Below, one piece after another: positions 1 through 9,146 of a DNA stretch of 64,000 nucleotides (position 1 is the stretch's first letter; each line of letters starts with the position of its first letter). The position numbers were made by a program, and so were the translations under genes. The stretch is from an uncultured bacterium. Its GTDB lineage: Bacteria; Oederibacteriota; JAAXVQ01; JAUVAV01. Below the pieces are notes generated by a model that was given only the letters and a program-made list of their open reading frames with translations, was not told the DNA's origin and did no database searches. The stretch lies in contig CAVQBK010000003.1 of the NCBI GenBank assembly GCA_963710755.1, forward strand, positions 1,403,108 through 1,467,107, written 5' to 3'.

Positions 1-35
1 GTTTTTACGGAAACATCTGGAAATGCTGCTTGCAT
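1..35 (-). CDS. 5' end of a gene running off the window (MQAAFPDVSVK...)
   Basis: The minus strand reads AGAGGAGG-ccgtc-ATG (ATG at 35-33) and stays open to base 1. Same direction as the upstream DUF4386 gene. Confidence 0.55.
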   Translation of the reverse strand, partial: MQAAFPDVSVK

Positions 36-115
36 GACGGCCTCCTCTGAATAAGGGATGTGATGCCTGCTTTTACGGAAAACTTGACCATCCCGGGCAA
101 TGCCACAATGGTTGT

Positions 116-817
116 TTATGCGTATTGTCGGTCAAGCTTAACGCCTTTTATCATCAACCATAATCCAATCATCAATTCAAAAAGAATAGCCAAAACGCCG
201 AACACCATTGCATTTTCAAGGGGAAGAACCAGACCGGTCAGCGTCGCCACCAGCAGAAGAGAGAAGGACACCAGTCCGAAAAGGGACAGCCAGGCAGGAA
301 TGTACCGGGATTTAAAGAAGAGATAGCAATAAACGATGGTCCCCAAGCTCAAGAATACAAAGACAATGGGGATAATGGCTTTTTTGACCTCCAGCAGGAG
401 CATGGCCAAGGCTTGCACTTTTTCTGTGCCCAAGGCGGCAGCATAACTTTCTCCATGGAGCACTTGCAAAATAACCATGCCCGTCAATACGGACAGGCAG
501 CCCAGAATGGCTTCGCCCATGCGCCACAACAGTGCAAGATGAGCCAGTTTTTTGTCGACGGTTTTCAATACCAGATATAAAACAAAGGCCAGGACAATTA
601 CAGAAGCATACATGATTATTTCGTATAAGAGATTTAGACGGAATAAGGGTTCATGGACCAGGATATGTTGAATAGTGGCAGCAGGGTTATGGGGTACGGT
701 TAGTTTGGAACCTAAAAAAATCATGGAAAGCAGGGAAGAGGCTATAATCAGAAAATAAAAAAAGCCGGCCAGTCTTGCGGTTTTTTGTAATGCTGGATCG
801 GACATTTCTTGTACCAT
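116..817 (-). CDS. DUF4386-family membrane protein
   Basis: About 6 hydrophobic helices; ARLAGFFY, LYLVLKTV, FKSRYIPAWL and FELMIGLWLMIKG segments typical of the family; GGAGG RBS. Confidence 0.8.
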   Translation of the reverse strand: MVQEMSDPALQKTARLAGFFYFLIIASSLLSMIFLGSKLTVPHNPAATIQHILVHEPLFRLNLLYEIIMYASVIVLAFVLYLVLKTVDKKLAHLALLWRMGEAILGCLSVLTGMVILQVLHGESYAAALGTEKVQALAMLLLEVKKAIIPIVFVFLSLGTIVYCYLFFKSRYIPAWLSLFGLVSFSLLLVATLTGLVLPLENAMVFGVLAILFELMIGLWLMIKGVKLDRQYA

Positions 818-1057
818 GTCATCACCTCCAGCTGGAGTTGACTATATGTTATCACAGTCACCAGGGGATGCAACCTGGATATGGTTTTTTTGAAGAGGGG
901 CGTTCGGATGCCGATGAAGTCAGGGAAGGGACGTACAGGCCTGCCATTGGCCTTGCCAAAGACGGCGTTAAGGTGAATACTGTATCCGCACCATAAGGGT
1001 GCGGAATCATCCCGCCATACTTTTGATCTGACACGAGACGAGGGAGTCAACCTTGCA

Positions 1058-1858
1058 ATGAAAAACCCTTTGAACTTATGCAATGATATCTCTGGGGAAA
1101 CCAATACTGCTCCTGTCCTTACTGTACAACACCTGACGAAAGCCTACGGCACCATGGTGGCGGTAGACAACATCGCTTTTACGGTGGGCCGAGGTGAAAT
1201 CGTAGGTCTGCTGGGACCTAACGGCGCAGGCAAGACCACGACCATCAATATGCTGCTGGGGGTTCTTACACCAGACGACGGCCATATTTTCGTTGAAGAC
1301 ATGGATATTAGGGAAAAGCGGAGCCAAGCTCTGGAAAAGACCAATTTCTCCGCGGTTTACACCCCCTTGCCCGGCAATCTGACGGTTTATCAGAATCTGC
1401 GTGTCTTCGGCATGTTGTACACTGTCAAGGACTTGCATACCAGGATTGAGGTTCTGCTTGACCAATTTGACCTGAGCAAATTTAAGAAGGTGAAATGCGG
1501 ACTGCTTTCCTCAGGGGAACAGTCCCGCCTTTCTCTGGCCAAAGCCATGATCAATTCACCGAGACTGCTGCTCTTGGACGAACCCACGGCATCCCTTGAT
1601 CCTGCCTCGGCCCGCGAGTTGTCCACCCAGATCAGGGAGCAGGTCATGGCTTGCCGTGCCGGGGCCTTGTGGACGTCGCATAATATGGTGGAGGTGGAGC
1701 GGATCTGCGACCGCGTGCTTTTTCTTTCCCAAGGGAAAATACTACTGGAAGGCAACCCCAAAACACTACCGCAGGAACACGGGCAGGCCACCCTGGAAGA
1801 CCTTTTTATCAAAGTGGCTCGCGAACCACTTACTAACAACCAGGAGGGACAGCAGTGA
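1058..1858 (+). CDS. ABC-2 type exporter ATP-binding protein
   Basis: Walker A GPNGAGKTT, signature LSSGE, Walker B LLLLDE, H-loop SH. Confidence 0.95.
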   Translation: MKNPLNLCNDISGETNTAPVLTVQHLTKAYGTMVAVDNIAFTVGRGEIVGLLGPNGAGKTTTINMLLGVLTPDDGHIFVEDMDIREKRSQALEKTNFSAVYTPLPGNLTVYQNLRVFGMLYTVKDLHTRIEVLLDQFDLSKFKKVKCGLLSSGEQSRLSLAKAMINSPRLLLLDEPTASLDPASARELSTQIREQVMACRAGALWTSHNMVEVERICDRVLFLSQGKILLEGNPKTLPQEHGQATLEDLFIKVAREPLTNNQEGQQ

Positions 1859-2658
1859 ATCCAACCCGAATCATGGCAGTGGTTTTGCGCATAGCTTACC
1901 TCATACGAGGCAGCTTCTCCCGGATTGTGCCCATTTTTGCCTGGGTGGCGGTAGACATGATTCTATGGGGATTTATTACGAAATATTTTGGGCAGCATAT
2001 GTCGCCGCAGGTGGCGCTGGTGCCGGCGTTGTTGGGGGCGGTGTTGTTTTGGGATTTCATGACCAGAATCATGCAGGGGGTGACCACTACCTTTTTTGAG
2101 GATGTGTGGTCGCGTAATTTTCTGAATATGTTTACAAGCCCTCTCACCATCGGAGAATACCTGTCCGGCCTGGTGGTTTCAAGCATTGCCACTGGGGCCA
2201 TCGGTCTGGTGGTCATGGCTGTTTTGGCTACTCTCGTTTTCGGGCTTACCTTCGCTACCTATGGGTTCCTGGTCATTCCTTTTATGCTGGTGCTTTTTCT
2301 CTTTGGAATCGCCTTGGGTATTTTGAGCAGCGCCCTGGTGCTCAGGTTGGGGCCTGCGGCCGAATGGTTTATCTGGCCCATTCCGGCCTTGCTCTCACCG
2401 CTGGCCGGTGTTTATTACCCTTTGTCCACCTTACCAAAATGGATGCAGCTGCTGGCTCATGGTTTGCCTCCGGCCTATGTGTTCGAGAGCCTGCGGGCGA
2501 TTGTGGATGGGAAAGCTACTAGTACTGGTACATTGGCCATTGGCGCGGGCCTGTCGGTTTTGTATGTGCTGCTGGCCTGCCTGGTTTTTGTGTTGACCTA
2601 CCGCTACGCGGTCAATACAGGCCTTTTTGGCCGTTACAGCGCTGAAAATGTGACCTGA
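1855..2658 (+). CDS. ABC-2 type permease
   Basis: Six TM segments, GVYYPLSTLPKW motif, GTGA overlap with the ATPase stop. Confidence 0.92.
   Translation: MNPTRIMAVVLRIAYLIRGSFSRIVPIFAWVAVDMILWGFITKYFGQHMSPQVALVPALLGAVLFWDFMTRIMQGVTTTFFEDVWSRNFLNMFTSPLTIGEYLSGLVVSSIATGAIGLVVMAVLATLVFGLTFATYGFLVIPFMLVLFLFGIALGILSSALVLRLGPAAEWFIWPIPALLSPLAGVYYPLSTLPKWMQLLAHGLPPAYVFESLRAIVDGKATSTGTLAIGAGLSVLYVLLACLVFVLTYRYAVNTGLFGRYSAENVT
2620..2658 (+). repeat. Direct repeat copy 1 (last 39 nt of the permease gene)
   Basis: ggcctttttggccgttacagcgctgaaaatgtgacctga; 34/39 identical to 3506-3544. Confidence 0.9.
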
Positions 2659-2777
2659 ATGATAAACAGGAGATTCTGGCCCTGCGATGAAACATGAAAA
2701 AAGTAGCTTGAAAAAGTGGCTGGCACCGGTCTCAAAAGTGAGTATTGGGTTGATATCCAAGGATCAGTGGGGGGGAA

Positions 2778-3449
2778 ATGAAAAAACAGAAGTATTTGCA
2801 GGCTTGGTATTGGCCTCTTACAGGGATAATTTGTCTGCTGTCATTATTAAGCTGTACTGCACATCGTTCTAATGTAATTTCGGTTCGTACTTCGACCGCT
2901 TTGAACTCTCCAAACAACCCGCCTTATGCGAAAAAAAAACGTCAGCAACCTTTTGACAAAACGGATTTTCGAGAGGATTTGCCTTATCATCAGCGTCTCG
3001 GCACTGATCCGGTTACTGTGCCAAAACATAAGCCTTCATATTCTTATAGCCAAGATGCCAAGGGGTATTTTAACGGTATCAAGATCAAGTCTTCCTATGA
3101 GTCCGCAGGAAGAAGGCTGCTGCTTCATGTAAAAACACCTGGGGATGTTTTTTTACATGAAAAAAATATTGAGACGGACCATGCCCAATTAATTCAAGTC
3201 AAAGCGGTGGGGGATCATCGCTGGATTCTGGTTTACAAATCTCAATTAAAAGCCAAACGCATCATAACGGCCCTGGCTTTTTGCCGCCAACAAAAAAGAG
3301 GTAAAGTTATACTAACGATAGCCGGTTCGGGGAGTGCTCCATCTGGAAAAATTCTTGAGCGCGAATCTTTGATCATGATGCCGCCCAAAGACGGGCACTA
3401 TCCACTGTGTACGCATGGGTCATCGTTTAATCGGGTCGAACCTAACTAA
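2778..3449 (+). CDS. Hypothetical basic lipoprotein-like protein
   Basis: 223-aa ORF with a G-rich RBS, MKKQK N-region, hydrophobic stretch ending LLSC; no family recognised. Confidence 0.6.
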   Translation: MKKQKYLQAWYWPLTGIICLLSLLSCTAHRSNVISVRTSTALNSPNNPPYAKKKRQQPFDKTDFREDLPYHQRLGTDPVTVPKHKPSYSYSQDAKGYFNGIKIKSSYESAGRRLLLHVKTPGDVFLHEKNIETDHAQLIQVKAVGDHRWILVYKSQLKAKRIITALAFCRQQKRGKVILTIAGSGSAPSGKILERESLIMMPPKDGHYPLCTHGSSFNRVEPN

Positions 3450-3505
3450 GGATTTCTGTGAGCCAGGTGCCGGCCATCAATTGGCCGGCTTATGCATCTG
3501 GTGCC

Positions 3506-3544
3506 GGCGTTTTTGGGCGCTATAGTGCTGAAAATGTGACCTGA
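3506..3544 (+). repeat. Direct repeat copy 2 (orphan copy of the permease 3' end)
   Basis: ggcgtttttgggcgctatagtgctgaaaatgtgacctga translates to GVFGRYSAENVT*. Confidence 0.9.
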
Positions 3545-3562
3545 AGAAGGCACCCAGGCGGG

Positions 3563-4645
3563 TTAGTGCTCAAACCGTAAGTGGATAGGTAGACCGGTAA
3601 AGGTGCTGTAGCGGTCAATTGCAACCTGCAAGGCGTTTTGTTCTTTGGATTTAAGCTTGGTAAAAAAAGTTACCTTAAGGTCAAGGGCATTTTTATTTAT
3701 AGCCTTTCTCCATGTTCCTGCCACTTGTCCATTTAAAATAATTACAGCAGTCTGAGCATTGCCTGTGGCAAACATTTTTTCCATTGCCCCATGGTCACTA
3801 AGAGCACCTCGGTCTTTATAGGCGATGGTGTATTCATCAAAAATGGACATTAAATAAACAAAAGGTTTTATCTGCCTGTGAACCGGACGGCTGTCAGGCA
3901 ACCAGTAATAGGTTTTTTGATCCATGGTGGTTTGTTCCAAGCCTAAAGAGATGGCCTCGAGCGCGGCTTTGGCATCCTTGACCGAAAGCCCGGACCACCA
4001 AGCGAAATCAGCCAGTTGGGCCGGCCCGTGGCTCTTGAAATACCTCTGCGCCAACAACTGCAAAGCCTCTTCCCGGTCAGGAACAGATGCTGCTGGCACC
4101 CTCGTCTCCAGAAGGGTGTACGTCAATTGTTTACCACGTTTCGGCCCGCTGCAAATTAGCCCGTCTAATTCCGCCCAAATCACAATATGGGCCAGCCGCT
4201 GAACCGAGGTTTTAATGTCGATTTTTTCCAGCACCAATTTCAATTCTTGCCGGGTAAGGTAAGGCTGCTTTTGTAAAGCTTTCACAATCGCCTTATTGGT
4301 TGTGGAGAACAACGCTTCATCGAGATCAAGCTTTCGGTTGTACGAGGACAGCAGGCGCTTCACCTGCGGAGCCGTCCATTTCAGCATCCAACGGATATCT
4401 TGGGGAATAACAAAATGCCAGGTTGGGCGCATGACATGGGTGCGCAAAATAGTACCTTCGTTATAGGCGCGCTCAATATCATGGTCAAGCGTATCCTTGA
4501 TCCGCAGTCCCAGTGCCCACTTGGCAGCCGTAAAATCCTGCGCCTGGAGCGCGCCCAAATGGGCGATGGCCTCCGCAGGATGGTTGAATGCCTGGATCAA
4601 GCCGCTATTCCAAAGCCGTAAATTGAGCAGGTCTGATGTTTTCAT
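3563..4645 (-). CDS. AlkZ/YcaQ (HTH_42 winged-helix) DNA glycosylase family protein
   Basis: LQAQD (QxQ, AlkZ-like), RTHVMRPTWH, ELDGLICSGP, RYFKSHGPA..DFAWWSG, FDEYTIAYKDR. Confidence 0.9.
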   Translation of the reverse strand: MKTSDLLNLRLWNSGLIQAFNHPAEAIAHLGALQAQDFTAAKWALGLRIKDTLDHDIERAYNEGTILRTHVMRPTWHFVIPQDIRWMLKWTAPQVKRLLSSYNRKLDLDEALFSTTNKAIVKALQKQPYLTRQELKLVLEKIDIKTSVQRLAHIVIWAELDGLICSGPKRGKQLTYTLLETRVPAASVPDREEALQLLAQRYFKSHGPAQLADFAWWSGLSVKDAKAALEAISLGLEQTTMDQKTYYWLPDSRPVHRQIKPFVYLMSIFDEYTIAYKDRGALSDHGAMEKMFATGNAQTAVIILNGQVAGTWRKAINKNALDLKVTFFTKLKSKEQNALQVAIDRYSTFTGLPIHLRFEH

Positions 4646-4796
4646 AGCCGTGGCCTCTGATGGGTTGCGCTTTCTTACACTTTTATTCTTAAGACTCCTG
4701 GAAAAGATGCAGGAATAAACCTTTGTTGCTATAATAACCTGTTTTTGGTTGTGGGCGTACTATTTTAAGTTCGCCGGTAGATGAAAGCAGGCAGTT

Positions 4797-5117
4797 ATGG
4801 AAGCTTTTACTCAAGCAGTGATCACGATCATAAAAAGGATACCCAGAGGCAAAGTCTGCAGTTATGGCCAGGTCGCCGCGATGGCCGGACAACCTGCCGG
4901 AGCCAGGCAGGTGGTAAGAATTATCCACGCCATGAGCCGCAAATACCATCTTCCCTGGCATAGGCTGATTAATGGCAAGGGGCATATTAGTCTGCCCAAA
5001 TCAGCAGGCTATGAAGAGCAAAAAATGCGCCTGCAAATGGAAGGCGTCATCTTTGGTGAAAAGGACCAAGTAAACTTTGCCGATTACCTCTGGAAGCCAA
5101 AAAACATTAAAAAATAG
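4797..5117 (+). CDS. Alkyltransferase-like protein (ATL/YbaZ-type, MGMT family)
   Basis: IPRGKVCSYGQVA, ARQV, PWHRL (Trp in place of the catalytic Cys of PCHR), Q..RLQMEGV. Confidence 0.9.
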   Translation: MEAFTQAVITIIKRIPRGKVCSYGQVAAMAGQPAGARQVVRIIHAMSRKYHLPWHRLINGKGHISLPKSAGYEEQKMRLQMEGVIFGEKDQVNFADYLWKPKNIKK

Positions 5118-5121
5118 GCAA

Positions 5122-5150
5122 TTGTCAAAGCAAGGGCTTGGCGCTATACT
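5122..5150 (+). promoter_or_regulatory. Putative sigma70 promoter
   Basis: TTGTCA-N17-TATACT upstream of the lipoprotein at 5237. Confidence 0.55.
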
Positions 5151-5236
5151 GTGTTCAATTAATCCTTACATCCAGCCGACATTAAAGAGCAGGCGCTGTT
5201 GTGAGGGAACACCAATCAGTATTAGGGAGGGACGCT

Positions 5237-5908
5237 ATGAAAAAAATAGTGATGCTGATGTTGGTAGTAACTGCAGTTGTTTTTACTGGATGTGGTCAGT
5301 CACCGACAGCGCCAAAACCATCGGGAACTTCGACAGATTTTTCAACCCAGGGTCAGACTGTAATTTTGGAAAACGGTGCTGTGGAAAGCGATGTGGACTT
5401 AAGCCCCAACGGCCATGATGACGTTAAAGGTATAGGAAAACACCAGGGCGAATTGAAGTGGCTGGATGTTAAAATCATTTATCTTGACCCTCAGTTTTAT
5501 ACGGAAAAAGGCTTGGCGGGCTATTATATCGGTCAGCCCATGGCTTTTGAAGTTCATATTAAAAACCTGGGCCCCCGGACTTTCAAGCACCTTGATATTA
5601 CGGCTATTCAGGAATATTATGAATCAGGCGTTTGCGACCGCTGGTGGTATCCTTACCCGCAAAGCGTCACCTATAATAAAGGCCAAGCCTTACCTGGGGA
5701 CTCTACTCAGCTCTGGCAGGATATCGAGATTGGACCGCATTCCGAAAAAGTTCTGCAAGCCACTTTTGTTTCTCCCATGGAATCCTGTGCGGGCTTGGAT
5801 CAGACTCATTTAATAATCGCCCACACCAACCAGGGGCGAGAGCTGGCAGCAGCCATGTATTATAATCCTGAAGCTGCCGTATATTGCCCGCCCCGACCGG
5901 CAAAATAA
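5237..5908 (+). CDS. Hypothetical lipoprotein, probably beta-sandwich
   Basis: GGAGG RBS then ATG 5237; MKK + hydrophobic + FTGC lipobox; FEVHIKNLG strand pattern; three further Cys. Confidence 0.8.
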   Translation: MKKIVMLMLVVTAVVFTGCGQSPTAPKPSGTSTDFSTQGQTVILENGAVESDVDLSPNGHDDVKGIGKHQGELKWLDVKIIYLDPQFYTEKGLAGYYIGQPMAFEVHIKNLGPRTFKHLDITAIQEYYESGVCDRWWYPYPQSVTYNKGQALPGDSTQLWQDIEIGPHSEKVLQATFVSPMESCAGLDQTHLIIAHTNQGRELAAAMYYNPEAAVYCPPRPAK

Positions 5909-5972
5909 TTTTACATTAACATTTTAATCAATATGCTAAGTCATGATAATCCTGCCGAAGTGGAAGGCAGAA

Positions 5973-6014
5973 AAAATAAACGAGCCATCCTGCAAAGGTT
6001 GGCTCGTTTATTTT
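5973..6014. terminator. Intrinsic terminator-like hairpin
   Basis: aaaataaacgagcca ... tggctcgtttatttt, a 15-bp inverted repeat with A/T flanks. Confidence 0.65.
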
Positions 6015-6047
6015 AACTACTTATTGCACGCGACCAAAGGAACCGTC

Positions 6048-6716
6048 ATGGTACTTAAACAAAGCTTGCGAATCCTCGGCATGGGGGGACTACTTTACCT
6101 GGGCTACTTGGTGTTTTTCAAATTTCATTATATGCAGGCCAGAATTTTTCTGGCGGTGTGGCTCGCTTTTAGCCTGGTGGTGCAGGTACTTTTTCGCAAC
6201 AAAAAAGATCTGATGAAAGAGAGAAGCCGGCCTGGGCCCAATGTCCCGAAGTGGGACCGGATTTTGGTGCTGCTGTTTCAGCTGATGACCATTGTGACTT
6301 TTGAAGTTTCCGCCTGGGATGCAGGTTATACGCGGCTGTCTCCGGCTTTGCCCCTGGGCTTGTATATGAGTGCTTATGCACTGCTGCTTGGCGGCCTGGC
6401 CTTATCCCTGTGGGCCATGCACACCAATGATTTTTTTTCCAGCATGGTCAGGATACAAAAAGACCGGAATCAACGGGTGATCGACAGCGGGCCTTACCTT
6501 TGGATGCGGCATCCGGGATATGCTGGCTCCATGGTCACCAATGTGATGATCCCCCTGGTGCTGGGCTCTCTGTGGGGACTAATCCCAGCGCTGTTGTTTG
6601 TGGTTGTCCTGTGGATACGGACTGCCTGGGAAGATGTCTACTTGCAGGAAAAGTTACCAGGCTACAAAGCCTATGCCCGAAAAGTCGGTTGGCGGCTGGT
6701 GCCGAAATTGTGGTGA
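6048..6716 (+). CDS. Isoprenylcysteine carboxylmethyltransferase (ICMT/Ste14) family membrane methyltransferase
   Basis: NDFFSSMVRIQ, VIDSGPY..MRHPGY, R...ED.YL..LPGY. Start placed at ATG 6048 after AAGGA. Confidence 0.9.
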   Translation: MVLKQSLRILGMGGLLYLGYLVFFKFHYMQARIFLAVWLAFSLVVQVLFRNKKDLMKERSRPGPNVPKWDRILVLLFQLMTIVTFEVSAWDAGYTRLSPALPLGLYMSAYALLLGGLALSLWAMHTNDFFSSMVRIQKDRNQRVIDSGPYLWMRHPGYAGSMVTNVMIPLVLGSLWGLIPALLFVVVLWIRTAWEDVYLQEKLPGYKAYARKVGWRLVPKLW

Positions 6717-6812
6717 GAACTATCTGTGGTCATCAGCCCTGCCTGATGGGGTGTCTCGTGATAGGGTGGTACCTAGCCGCGGTTATCCGAAATTAACAGG
6801 GGGATCAAAACC

Positions 6813-7646
6813 ATGAGTCTGCAAGCAACCATTAAACGCCATCCTTTAATCGCTTTTTTTATAATGACCTACCTTATTTCCTGGGCCTTGTGGGGCATCC
6901 TGATACTCACCACGCCTGCGGGAGCGCTGCTCCATAAAGGTCCCACTCCCGGCTTTCTGGTGCTGGCGCTTCTGGGTGGGTTTGGCCCCAGCCTGGCCGG
7001 GCTGTTGGTGGCCTGGCTCAGCGGGGGCAGGACTGCTTTGAAAAGTCTTTTTGTCCAGCCCGGCAAGCATGGTTCCAGGATGCTTTGGGGAATGCTGGCC
7101 TTGCTGGCAGCGCCGGTTATTAATTTGATGTTGCTCATTCTTTTTGCCCAAGCTGGTAATCCATTGCCCTTGGCCGCGATCGGGCCCAAACTGGGCTTGG
7201 GCCTCACCTGGCCTCTGTTGGCTGCCCTGGGCGAGGAGATCGGATGGCGCGGGTTTGCGCTTCCCCGTTTGCAAGATCGTCGTTCAGCGCTTAGCTCGGC
7301 GATTTGGATAGGCCTGGCCTGGGGCTTGTGGCATCTGCCTGCCGATTATTTGGGCATTGGCGATCAAGGCAGGCTGTTCTGGATCAATTTCCTGCTGTTG
7401 GGGCCTGTATTGCTAACAGCCTATTCCATCCTTATCACCTTCTTTTACAACCGGACCAAGAGTTTGTGGGTAGCACTTTTATTTCATTATGGTCTGACTT
7501 TCAGCGCCATGGTCCTGGCACCCCAGGGGTTGACAGCCCGGGCCAGCCTGCAGGTGAAGGTGGCGAGCGTAGCCTTGGCCTGGCTGGCGGCCATGCTGGT
7601 TATTCGCAGCACCCGCGGGACTTTGGGTACATTAAAAGAGCAATAG
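6813..7646 (+). CDS. CPBP (CAAX/Abi) family intramembrane metalloprotease
   Basis: EEIGWRG, WGLWH and a downstream His motif; multiple TMs. Confidence 0.92.
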   Translation: MSLQATIKRHPLIAFFIMTYLISWALWGILILTTPAGALLHKGPTPGFLVLALLGGFGPSLAGLLVAWLSGGRTALKSLFVQPGKHGSRMLWGMLALLAAPVINLMLLILFAQAGNPLPLAAIGPKLGLGLTWPLLAALGEEIGWRGFALPRLQDRRSALSSAIWIGLAWGLWHLPADYLGIGDQGRLFWINFLLLGPVLLTAYSILITFFYNRTKSLWVALLFHYGLTFSAMVLAPQGLTARASLQVKVASVALAWLAAMLVIRSTRGTLGTLKEQ

Positions 7647-7955
7647 GTGCCACCCCTTTACACAAGCACGCAAAGTGGGTGAAATCAAGGCGGTCTTAAA
7701 ACCTATTTCAGATCAGCAATGCCTGGTGATGGGGTGGGGACGGTTCGCCGGAGAAACTATCGAAGCTTCAGTCACTTCCGGCCGGACTAATCTGCGTGTT
7801 TTTGGTTTGAAGTTGACCAAAGCCGAATGACCATAGACTTCAAGATAATTGATTACTGGACCCGGCCAATCCAACATCTCTCAAAGCACAACAAGATTTC
7901 TAAACTTCTCATTCTTCAATAAAACATCTGAATTATAATTAATAAAATGGAAAAA

Positions 7956-8009
7956 TAATATTACCCGGATAAAATGTTGACAACCTAATATTACCCGGGT
8001 AATATTAGG
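7956..8009 (+). promoter_or_regulatory. Sigma70 promoter overlapped by a palindromic operator plus a second partial copy
   Basis: TTGACA 7977-7982, N17, TAATAT 8000-8005; perfect palindrome CCTAATATTACCCGGGTAATATTAGG at 7984-8009; TAATATTACCCGG also at 7956-7968. Confidence 0.85.
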
Positions 8010-8033
8010 GAAATATATTAAGGAGCATTAACC

Positions 8034-8660
8034 ATGACAGATTCAACTCCAATGACTTGCACGGCTTTTGAAGGTTTTAACACCCTTGCTTCAGGCGAGG
8101 TGGCAACTGTAGCCCAAAAGGCAAAAGAATTTTTAGACAGCCATCCCCATGCTTCTATTCTGATTTTTAACGATACGACCAGCGAACAAATGGAATTGGA
8201 TTTTCGCGGTACTATGGATGAGGTGTTGCAGCGGCTGGAAAATAATCCCGAGACCAGCAGGGCAGCAGATCCTATGGAAATGCAATCGCAGCGCGGTCCG
8301 GGAAGACCCAAGTTGGGTGTCGTGGCCCGCGAGATTACTTTATTGCCCAGACATTGGGACTGGCTCAATGGGCAACCTGGCGGGGCCTCGGTGGCGCTGC
8401 GTAAGTTGGTGGACCAGGCAAGACACATCTTGGCTGGCGCTGATCAATTGCGCCAGGCGCAGGAGGCCTGCTATCGCTTTATGTCGGCCATGGCCGGGAA
8501 CCTGCCCCATTTCGAGGACGCCACCCGCGCGCTCTTCAGCCGTGATCAGGCGCGTTTTAACATGCTGGTCGAGGCTTGGCCTGGTGGTGTGCGGGACCAT
8601 GTTAAAAAGCTGGCAGTCAATGCTTTTCAGAAGAAGGGTGAGGGGCGAAGGATTGACTAA
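8034..8660 (+). CDS. DUF2239 family protein
   Basis: LIFNDTT..MELDFRGT, RGPGRPKLGVVAREITLLPRHWDWL..QPGGASVALRKLV, YRFMSAMAGNLP.FE. Confidence 0.92.
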   Translation: MTDSTPMTCTAFEGFNTLASGEVATVAQKAKEFLDSHPHASILIFNDTTSEQMELDFRGTMDEVLQRLENNPETSRAADPMEMQSQRGPGRPKLGVVAREITLLPRHWDWLNGQPGGASVALRKLVDQARHILAGADQLRQAQEACYRFMSAMAGNLPHFEDATRALFSRDQARFNMLVEAWPGGVRDHVKKLAVNAFQKKGEGRRID

Positions 8661-8850
8661 GTCCTGGGTCGCGGTTACTCGAGGCAGGCAAAGATGGACA
8701 TTTTGCTTGGCGGTTAAGCTGTTATGGGTTGCCCTTAAAGCAAATAAGACTATTTCACTGTAATTTATTCTCTATTTAATAAAATGCTTCATAATTTACC
8801 TGGCTTATACGGTTCATAAAGGATAAGTTACTTTAGATCCGTATTTTTTA

Positions 8851-8879
8851 TTGACAAGTACTTTGGTGATGTTTAAAAT
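8851..8879 (+). promoter_or_regulatory. Putative sigma70 promoter for the flavinylation operon
   Basis: TTGACA-N17-TAAAAT; would give a leader of about 260 nt. Confidence 0.5.
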
Positions 8880-9146
8880 CCAACCACACGACAGAGGGAT
8901 AGTGCATTGCTTTTTCGCGGGACTTTGCTTTTTGTAAGACGTTTTTACGGTCATGGCTTGAGGCCAAGTTCTGCGAAACTGTTCTTTGATAGTTGGAATG
9001 CAAACTCTGTTGCTCACCCTTCGCCCCTTCACTTTTCTTAAACGCCGCCCATGAATGCTGCACCCCGTTTGCACTTCCCAAGGCTATTTTATAAATTTTT
9101 AAAATGGTTGTGTCTGTTTTAACCATCACGATTTTAAGGAGTTGCC

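Noticed and set aside
3440-3568. Possible integron attC (ACCTAAC at the end of the orphan gene, GTTAG downstream)
   Set aside because: The distal site is GTTAGTG, not GTTRRRY; the internal hairpin is off-centre; no integrase or other cassettes are present.
5151-5212. Structured leader or riboswitch before the lipoprotein
   Set aside because: The outer stem falls upstream of the predicted TSS; the rest is weak and matches no family I know.
7700-7800. Fluoride- or SAM-I-like fragments (ggtgatgggg, cgaagcttcag)
   Set aside because: The other conserved elements are missing and no relevant gene follows.
8993-9094. Cys-rich mini-ORF (ECKLCC...HECC) in the flavinylation operon leader
   Set aside because: Only a TTG start directly after stop codons and no RBS; probably chance.
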